NCBI RefSeq assembly: GCF_000155895.1
Contig: NZ_DS995298.1
Coordinates: forward strand, 900,001 to 932,000
DNA: 32,000 nt
Origin: Candidatus Pelagibacter sp. HTCC7211
GTDB lineage: Bacteria > Pseudomonadota > Alphaproteobacteria > Pelagibacterales > Pelagibacteraceae
Reading direction: 5' to 3'
This document shows positions 25,341 to 32,000 of this stretch, in pieces. The stretch's first letter is position 1; each line of letters begins with the position of its first letter. The notes beneath the pieces were generated by a model that was not told where the DNA came from, searched no databases, and saw only the letters and a list, made by a program, of their open reading frames with translations. The position numbers and the translations under genes are program-made.

Positions 25341-27044
25341 CTAATTAAGTTCAATAAAAAGATCTTTAATATTTAATTGTAAAACCTTATTATTATTCCA
25401 ATAATTTTGATGAATTTGAGCAATTACATGTACATTTTTTTTATATGTCAAAAGATATTTGCCAAGTTTTGTATTTAGTGAATTGAAGCATATAGATTTA
25501 ATAAATTTACCTACTTTAGGTTTAAAAATAACATTAATATGTTTTTCATTAAAAGTTTTTACTTTAGTTATTTTTAGATTTTTAATTAGAAAAGTAGGAA
25601 TAGGATTTCTGTTACCATAAGGTCCTATTTTATTAATTTCGTTAACAAAATCCATATTAATTGCATTAGGTGAAATTTCTGCTTCGTAGGTATTAACCAA
25701 ACTTGTTTTTTTATTTTTGAGCGCAAAATCTTTTAACATAAAATCTTCTAAATCTTTAAGCTTATTTTTTTTCATTGAAAAACCAGCTGCCATATTATGT
25801 CCACCTCCGTTTTGAATTAATTTTTTATCAACTAGTTTTTTGATTACGTTACCAATATTATAATTAATTGTTGATCTAGCTGATCCCTTTAGTATCTCTT
25901 GTGATGAAGTTATTACTATTGAAGGTTTATTAAAATAATCTTTTAGTCTTGAAGCGATAATACCAATAAGACCTTCTTTAATTGTAGGATTGTAATAAAT
26001 AATAACATCTTTATTTTCTTTTTCCAATTTAGCAAAATTAATTTCATTTAATATTTTTTGTTCAATATCTTTTCTAATATTATTAAGTCTTATTAATTCA
26101 TTCAATTTTGCTTTAACAAAATTAGGATTTTCAGAAATTAATAAATCAGCAGCAATACGTGAATCAGATATTCTACCACCTGAATTTATTATCGGACCAA
26201 TAAAAAATCCAAGATCTTCAATAGTAAGATTATTTCTTTTATTACATAATTCATATAAAGTTCTAAATACAACGTTATCTTTTATCTTAAAATCCTTGAT
26301 AATATTTAAACCAATATATCTGTTAATTTTTCTCAATGGCATCACATCACAAACTAAAGCTAATAAGACATAAATTAAATAATTTGTAATATCAAAAGAT
26401 GATTTAATCTTTTTAATAAAAATTTCTAAAAAGAAATAAGTTAGTGTTGTTGCGCAGTAATAGTCTTTAGATAGATTATTAATATTTTTTTTTGGATTTA
26501 TAATTACATTAGCTTTTGGATATGGTTTATCTATTTCATGATGATCGATTATTATTGATTTAATCTTCTTATCATTTAAATAAGCTATCGATTGATTCGC
26601 TGTTGATCCACAGTCTACCATTATTACTAGCTTAGGTTTTTTTAGTATCAATTTTTTAAACACTGAATTACTAGGACCATATCCGTCGCGCTCTCTATCA
26701 GGTATGTAAAAAAAATAAGGCTGTTTAATATAATCAAAAAATTTAGCTAATAAAGATGTTGCTGCTGATCCATCAACATCATAATCACCAAATATACATA
26801 TAAGTTCTTTATTATTAATACTTTTTTCTAAGAGTAAAGAGGCATTAATAAAATCTTTATCATTTTTGAATTCATTTCGGATTACAGAGGGATTTTCTAT
26901 ACTATAAATTTCTTTATAATTAAAATTTCTAGAAATAATCAATTTTGAAACGATTTCACTAAAATTAAAATCTTGTTTAATTTTTTCAATGGAATTTTTG
27001 CTAATTTTTTCTTCAATCCATTTTTTTCCTGAAACGGATATCAT
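25341..27044 (-). CDS. recJ: Single-stranded-DNA-specific exonuclease RecJ
   Basis: DHH/DHHA1 motifs: IFGDYDVDGSAATS, VDCGS, IIIDHH, GGGHNMAAG. Confidence 0.93.
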   Translation of the reverse strand: MISVSGKKWIEEKISKNSIEKIKQDFNFSEIVSKLIISRNFNYKEIYSIENPSVIRNEFKNDKDFINASLLLEKSINNKELICIFGDYDVDGSAATSLLAKFFDYIKQPYFFYIPDRERDGYGPSNSVFKKLILKKPKLVIMVDCGSTANQSIAYLNDKKIKSIIIDHHEIDKPYPKANVIINPKKNINNLSKDYYCATTLTYFFLEIFIKKIKSSFDITNYLIYVLLALVCDVMPLRKINRYIGLNIIKDFKIKDNVVFRTLYELCNKRNNLTIEDLGFFIGPIINSGGRISDSRIAADLLISENPNFVKAKLNELIRLNNIRKDIEQKILNEINFAKLEKENKDVIIYYNPTIKEGLIGIIASRLKDYFNKPSIVITSSQEILKGSARSTINYNIGNVIKKLVDKKLIQNGGGHNMAAGFSMKKNKLKDLEDFMLKDFALKNKKTSLVNTYEAEISPNAINMDFVNEINKIGPYGNRNPIPTFLIKNLKITKVKTFNEKHINVIFKPKVGKFIKSICFNSLNTKLGKYLLTYKKNVHVIAQIHQNYWNNNKVLQLNIKDLFIELN

Positions 27045-27988
27045 TCATTAATTAAATTAGTTTTTTTTATTATTTTTTTAAAATTCGAACTTTTATGAGT
27101 AACCAATGTTTCAGACTCAATTCTATTATCGTTTAATTTAATACCTTTTAAAATTTTGCTGTCAGTAATTCCAGTAGCACAAAAAATTGAGTCGCCTTTA
27201 ACTATTTCATTTAATTCATATTTTTTGTTTAGATCATAAATTCCCATTTTTTTTGCATCTTTAATGTCTTGATCATTATCAAATATAAATCTTCCTTGAA
27301 AATGACAATCATAAGCATCTAAAGCAGATGCAGCCAGAACTCCTTCTGGACCACCACCAATACCTAAAAATATATCAACTTCATATTTAGGGTCAGAAAC
27401 AAAAAGAGCCCCAAGGACATCACCGTCAGAAATTAATTTAATTTTCACATTTAGATCTTTAAGTTGATCAATTATTTTTTTATGTCTTGGTCTGTCTAAA
27501 ATACAAGCTGTAATGGATGATATTTCTTTATTCTTAAAATCTGATAAATTTTTAATATTTTTTTCTATTGTAAAATCTAAATCAATTAAACTTTTATCAA
27601 TTTTTCCAGTAGCAATTTTGCTCATGTATGTTTCGGGAGCATTGAACAGATTATTTTTTTCAGCAATTGCTAATACTGCTATACCACCAGGCAGGTTGTT
27701 TGCTACAAAGTTTGTTCCTTCTACTGGATCTACAGCTATGTCTAAAGTAGGACCTCTTTTGTTTCCAAGTATTTCACCCGTATATAACATAGGAGCCTCA
27801 TCAAGCGAACCTTCACCAATAACAACTTTACCAATCATATCAATTTTGTTTAGTTCAGATCTCATTGAGTCAACTGCTGCTTGATCGGCAGCATTTTTAT
27901 CTTTTTTACCAACAAGATACGATGCAGCATTGGCTGCTTTTACTGTAACATTTACAAATTGATCAACAAATTTTTTATCTAATGTCAT
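27041..27988 (-). CDS. glpX: Fructose-1,6-bisphosphatase class II (GlpX)
   Basis: AAVDSMR, IGEG..DEAPMLY.GE, DIAVDPVEGT and GIGGGPEGVLAA motifs. Confidence 0.93.
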   Translation of the reverse strand: MTLDKKFVDQFVNVTVKAANAASYLVGKKDKNAADQAAVDSMRSELNKIDMIGKVVIGEGSLDEAPMLYTGEILGNKRGPTLDIAVDPVEGTNFVANNLPGGIAVLAIAEKNNLFNAPETYMSKIATGKIDKSLIDLDFTIEKNIKNLSDFKNKEISSITACILDRPRHKKIIDQLKDLNVKIKLISDGDVLGALFVSDPKYEVDIFLGIGGGPEGVLAASALDAYDCHFQGRFIFDNDQDIKDAKKMGIYDLNKKYELNEIVKGDSIFCATGITDSKILKGIKLNDNRIESETLVTHKSSNFKKIIKKTNLINE

Positions 27989-28980
27989 TAAATTTTTTGA
28001 TCTATAAAATCATTTTGGTTAATTTTTGACTCAAATTCTCTTAGTCGTTTATAAACACTTGCTAATTCGATTATTGTTGGCCAAGCTTTAAGTATATATT
28101 GCATTGAACCTTCTACCCTTCCAAAGGCCCTTATTATTTGTTGCATAACTCCTAAAGTCACAGCTCCTGCTACAATTGCTGGTGCTAAAAATACATAAGC
28201 AGATAACACATTTGCCTGCAAATAAGCAATTCTACCAATATTAAAATATAAATACCTAATATAACTAAGAAAATGAATTTGTCTTACACCATCAAAAAGT
28301 TCTTCAATTGATTTAGGTCTTACTGATCCGTCATCTTCTGCTACTACTAATATTTTTCGATAAGCAGCTTCTTTTTTTTGTAGATCATACTCGACACCAA
28401 CCAATCTTAAAATTAATCCTAAAAATATTAAAAATATTGTTCCTCCTACAGACCAAATGAGTGCACCAACAATTAAACCATAGTCCCAATCACCAAAAAA
28501 GAATATGGGTATACTTACACTTAAACCAAATAGTATAGGCATAAATTCGACTAATATCATCAATGCTTCAATTAAACTAGTTCCTAAAGATTCCATTATT
28601 CTTGAAAATTTAATTGTATCTTCTTGAACTCTTTGAGAAGCACCTTCTATTTTACGAGCTTTGTCATAAACGCTATGGTACCATTCTACCATTGCCGTTC
28701 TCCATCTAAATAAATAATGTGAAGTAAAAAAGCTTACTATTACTGCAACACCAACATATATTGCTGCAAGTGTAATAAATGATAACAAGCTAGCCCAATA
28801 TTCTTCTATAGTAACTGCATTAGGTTCACCTAACGCTTTTTGTATCATATCATAAAACTGACCAAACCATTCATTAATCTTAACATCTATTTTTACTTGA
28901 ACCCACAAAGATGATAAAATTATTGCTGAACCAAACCAAGACCATAAAATCCATTTTTTAAGTTTAAAAAATCTAAACAT
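27988..28980 (-). CDS. SbmA/BacA-like inner-membrane transporter (no ATPase domain)
   Basis: LFRWRTAMVEWYHSVYDKARKIEGASQRVQEDTIKFSRIMESLG parallels E. coli SbmA (FRWRTAMNEYY...IEGAAQRVQEDTMRF), recalled from memory. Confidence 0.8.
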   Translation of the reverse strand: MFRFFKLKKWILWSWFGSAIILSSLWVQVKIDVKINEWFGQFYDMIQKALGEPNAVTIEEYWASLLSFITLAAIYVGVAVIVSFFTSHYLFRWRTAMVEWYHSVYDKARKIEGASQRVQEDTIKFSRIMESLGTSLIEALMILVEFMPILFGLSVSIPIFFFGDWDYGLIVGALIWSVGGTIFLIFLGLILRLVGVEYDLQKKEAAYRKILVVAEDDGSVRPKSIEELFDGVRQIHFLSYIRYLYFNIGRIAYLQANVLSAYVFLAPAIVAGAVTLGVMQQIIRAFGRVEGSMQYILKAWPTIIELASVYKRLREFESKINQNDFIDQKI

Positions 28981-28983
28981 TCA

Positions 28984-29265
28984 TTATTTCAAAAAATTAT
29001 CTGCATATGATTTTTTTACAGTTTTTCTTTTTTTAGGTTCAATCAACTCAAAATCTATTTTCTTTTTTTTTGCATAGTTTATAGCAAGCTCTTTAGAAGA
29101 GAATTCTAATTTTAATTCTGTTAAAGTGTCTGATGAACTTTCCCATCCCATCAGTGGATTTTTAGTGGGATCTTTGGTTCTAAATTCTAAAATCCATTTT
29201 TCATTTTTAGCTATTCCTGATTGCATAGGATTTTTATTTGGAATGTAAATTATTGCTTTATTCAT
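28984..29265 (-). CDS. NDUFS4-like (ETC complex I subunit conserved region) protein
   Basis: PMQSG......W.LEF......NPLMGWESSSDT...L.F.SKELAINYAKKKKIDFELIEP matches the bacterial NDUFS4/ETC_C1 family pattern. Confidence 0.75.
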   Translation of the reverse strand: MNKAIIYIPNKNPMQSGIAKNEKWILEFRTKDPTKNPLMGWESSSDTLTELKLEFSSKELAINYAKKKKIDFELIEPKKRKTVKKSYADNFLK

Positions 29266-29271
29266 AATACA

Positions 29272-29348
<77 letters not shown>

Positions 29349-29373
29349 ATCGATGTACTATTACAGTACATTT

Positions 29374-29402
29374 TAATTATTTCAAAGTGTAAAGATTAGC
29401 AA
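29374..29402 (-). promoter_or_regulatory. Candidate promoter for tRNA-Pro
   Basis: Minus strand reads TTGCTA (29402..29397), N17, TAATTA (29379..29374). Confidence 0.25.
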
Positions 29403-29442
29403 AATTCGAGTTTTTTTATGAAAATCTGTTATATAAGTAGAA

Positions 29443-29931
29443 ATGATTATTAGTTGTCCTTCTTGTCATAAAAAATTTAAAATTGAAGATGCTTTAATTC
29501 CATCTAAAGGTCGTAACCTTCAATGTGGCTCCTGTAATCATAATTGGTTTTATAAAATTGAACATAAAATTGCTGAACCACTTAAGTTGGAAGTAAATAT
29601 CGAGGAAAAAATTGAACCATCCGATGATAATGTATTAATTTCTGATACTTCTGAGTCATTAAAAGCAAAATTAGAAAAAGAATTAGATAATGATGTTAAG
29701 AATGACTATATTATTCAAAATAGCGATTTACCTAAAAAATCTGAAAATATTACATTTAGTAAGTTTTTATCATATATAATTGTTTCGATTATTTCATTTG
29801 CTGTTTTTGTTATTTTAATTGATACGTTAAAAACACCATTAATTGATATTTTTCCTGGATTAGAAATCCTTTTATTTAACCTTTTTGAAACATTGCAAGA
29901 TATTAAACTATTTATTATAGACCTATCTTAA
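29443..29931 (+). CDS. MJ0042-type zinc-ribbon protein with C-terminal membrane anchor
   Basis: The N-terminus CPSCHKKFKI....IP..GR.LQCGSCNHNW has two CxxC pairs. There is a hydrophobic segment near residue 110-130. Confidence 0.65.
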   Translation: MIISCPSCHKKFKIEDALIPSKGRNLQCGSCNHNWFYKIEHKIAEPLKLEVNIEEKIEPSDDNVLISDTSESLKAKLEKELDNDVKNDYIIQNSDLPKKSENITFSKFLSYIIVSIISFAVFVILIDTLKTPLIDIFPGLEILLFNLFETLQDIKLFIIDLS

Positions 29932-29937
29932 TTACAT

Positions 29938-31119
29938 ATGATTAACTATTTATCCAAACCTTTTAAGTGGTTTTTTAAACTAGAAGCAGCAAGTGGCCTT
30001 GTATTGTTATTCGCCGCAATAGTTGCATTATTTGTTAGCAACTCAGATTTGGCAGAATTATATTTTTCTACTTTAAATAAATATCTATTTATAGGAATAA
30101 ATAATTTTGGATTAAAATTATCTGTACTGCACTGGATAAATGATGCCTTGATGGCTATTTTCTTTTTTTTTGTTACTTTAGAAATAAAACGAGAGTTTTT
30201 ACAAGGCGAACTTTCAAATATTAAACAGGCTTTATTGCCAATAATAGCTGCCGTAGGTGGAATGCTAGTGCCTGCATTATTTTATGTTTTTATAAATTTA
30301 GGTGATAGTGAAACATTAAATGGTTGGGCAATACCATCTGCCACTGATATTGCTTTTTCTTTAGGTGTTTTATCTTTGCTTGGTAAAAGAGTCCCATTAT
30401 CTTTAAAAGTTTTTTTAACAGCCTTAGCAATTATTGATGATTTAGGAGCAATTGTGATAATTGCCCTTTTTTACTCAGGAGATTTAAGCATAAAGTATTT
30501 AACCTTAATGTTATTGGCTTTTATAATCTTGTTAGTAATTAATAAGTTTAACATTAAAAAGTTTTTGCCCTATCTAATTATTGGAATTTTCCTTTGGGAT
30601 TTTACTCATAACTCAGGTATACATGCGACCATTGCGGGAGTTTTGTTAGCTATAACAATCCCACACAGAAAAAAAGAAAAAGATTTTTCTTTATTAATTA
30701 AAGTAGAGCATGCAATCAGTCCATATGTTGCTTTTGGCATAATGCCTTTATTTGCTTTTGCAAATGCTGGTGTTTCTTTAGAAGGTTTATCTTTTGCTTC
30801 ATTATTAGATAAAGTCCCTCTAGGTATTGTGCTAGGACTATTCTTAGGCAAACAATTAGGTGTATTTGTATTTTCTTATGTATCAATAAAATTAAAAGTA
30901 GCTCAAATGCCCAACAACACAAGTTGGTACAATTTTTATGGTGTCGGAGTTCTCACAGGAATTGGTTTCACAATGAGTTTATTTGTTGGAAATTTAGCTT
31001 TTGTTGAAAACATGCAATATATGGATGGCGTAAAAATTGGTGTATTAACAGGATCGTTATTATCAACTTTATTTGGTTACTTTTTAATATTACTTACTCC
31101 AAATAAACCTAATCAATGA
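29938..31119 (+). CDS. nhaA: Na+/H+ antiporter NhaA
   Basis: WINDALMAIFFF.V.LEIKRE, PSATDIAF and LAIIDDLGAI (the DD pair) are NhaA hallmarks. Confidence 0.93.
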   Translation: MINYLSKPFKWFFKLEAASGLVLLFAAIVALFVSNSDLAELYFSTLNKYLFIGINNFGLKLSVLHWINDALMAIFFFFVTLEIKREFLQGELSNIKQALLPIIAAVGGMLVPALFYVFINLGDSETLNGWAIPSATDIAFSLGVLSLLGKRVPLSLKVFLTALAIIDDLGAIVIIALFYSGDLSIKYLTLMLLAFIILLVINKFNIKKFLPYLIIGIFLWDFTHNSGIHATIAGVLLAITIPHRKKEKDFSLLIKVEHAISPYVAFGIMPLFAFANAGVSLEGLSFASLLDKVPLGIVLGLFLGKQLGVFVFSYVSIKLKVAQMPNNTSWYNFYGVGVLTGIGFTMSLFVGNLAFVENMQYMDGVKIGVLTGSLLSTLFGYFLILLTPNKPNQ

Positions 31120-31658
31120 GAAAAATAATATTTTTATTATCTATATTTATGCTTTTTTTTAAAACATCAGCAACAGCAAATTATGAAAAAAAATTTTATG
31201 ATTTCAGTATTGAAAGTATAAATGGTGAAAAAATTGATTTTAAAGATTACAAGAATAGAGTTATTTTAGTTGTGAATACTGCCAGCTATTGCGGATTTAC
31301 CAAACAATATGGTGAATTACAGGAATTGTGGGATTTATATAAAGAAAAAGGATTAATAGTTTTAGGTGTTCCATCTAATTCGTTCAATCAAGAAAAAAAT
31401 AATAATGCAGCTGTTAAAGAATTTTGTGAAGTGAACTTTAATATTAACTTTCCTCTAACAGTTATAACCGAAGTAAAAGGTAAAAATTCTCATGATCTTT
31501 TTAAATGGGCTAAGCAAAATCATGGTAAATCAGCTGAACCTAAGTGGAATTTTCATAAAATTTTGATTAATAAGGATGGTAAGGTTGAAGATACATTTGC
31601 ATCTTTTACAAAACCTTTGTCAAAAAAATTAATAAAGGCTATAGAAAATATCTTATAG
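31116..31658 (+). CDS. Glutathione peroxidase family protein (Cys type) with N-terminal signal peptide
   Basis: VVNTASYCGFT, LGVPSNSFNQE and WNFHKILI motifs. The hydrophobic N-terminus MRKIIFLLSIFMLFFKTSATA suggests export. ATGA overlap with nhaA. Confidence 0.88.
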   Translation: MRKIIFLLSIFMLFFKTSATANYEKKFYDFSIESINGEKIDFKDYKNRVILVVNTASYCGFTKQYGELQELWDLYKEKGLIVLGVPSNSFNQEKNNNAAVKEFCEVNFNINFPLTVITEVKGKNSHDLFKWAKQNHGKSAEPKWNFHKILINKDGKVEDTFASFTKPLSKKLIKAIENIL

Positions 31659-32000
31659 GTTTAAAGTTAGTCCATCATGCGCCGGAATAACGTTTTTAGG
31701 CACTAATTTTTTCAATACTTTATAGTCAAGTACTGGAGAAAGATTAGTTAAGATAGCTTTTTTTGGTTTAAGATAATTTATAAGATTTAAGGATTTTTCT
31801 AAATTTAAATGAGATGGGTGAAAATTATACCACAGACAATCTACGATAAGATATTTTAAATTTTTAAAATATTTTAAGTCTTTTTTTAAAATCTCACTAA
31901 CGTCACTTATATAAGCTAATTCTCTGTTTATAATATAACAAATTGAGTTAACATTGCCATGTATGACTGATATTGGCTTAACTTCAATTTTTTTTATGGA
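31653..32000 (-). CDS. MBL-fold metallo-hydrolase (PhnP-like), C-terminal part; 5' end outside window
   Basis: Manual minus-strand translation is open from 32000 down to TAA at 31655..31653. It reads ...HGNVNSICYIINRELAYISDVSEILKKDLKYFKNLKYLIVDCLWYNFHPSHLNLEKSLNLINYLKPKKAILTNLSPVLDYKVLKKLVPKNVIPAHDGLTLNL*. The pattern H.sH...e.....l.pk.a.LT......DY......P....PA.DG is typical of this family. Confidence 0.6.
   Translation of the reverse strand, partial: SIKKIEVKPISVIHGNVNSICYIINRELAYISDVSEILKKDLKYFKNLKYLIVDCLWYNFHPSHLNLEKSLNLINYLKPKKAILTNLSPVLDYKVLKKLVPKNVIPAHDGLTLNL

Overview
Very AT-rich, extremely gene-dense window with alphaproteobacterial gene content. It looks like a streamlined marine SAR11/Pelagibacterales-type genome; this is inferred from composition, near-zero or negative intergenic spacers and a SAM-II/SAM-V-like metY leader, and no database search was possible. 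Core genes run in this order. (1) nrdR 3' end, rib operon (ribD-ribE-ribB(X)-ribH), nusB, thiL, H+-pyrophosphatase, bamE. (2) Cbp3-like chaperone, rpmF, plsX, ihfA, merR-like, rpmG, chorismate mutase, ctaA, metY with riboswitch leader. (3) rplM-rpsI, argC, small lipoprotein, hom, two permeases. From 17.9 to 25.2 kb there is an accessory-looking block. It starts with a 541-bp gene-free spacer. A minus-strand module follows: small TM ORF, DUF2938, GNAT, mini-MGMT. Next is a Cre-like tyrosine recombinase whose promoter and start are overlaid by a 15-7-15 lox-like palindrome. After it comes a minus-strand GIY-YIG plus three-glycosyltransferase operon that abuts the 3' end of tRNA-Glu(UUC). Core genes then resume: recJ, glpX, SbmA/BacA-like, NDUFS4-like, tRNA-Pro, zinc-ribbon protein, nhaA, glutathione peroxidase and a partial MBL hydrolase. 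The most interesting hypothesis is a recombinase-centred island. A 44-bp imperfect direct repeat brackets the GNAT-MGMT module, giving an integron-like geometry. All product calls rest on motif recognition from memory, and all repeat statistics are by eye and need computation.
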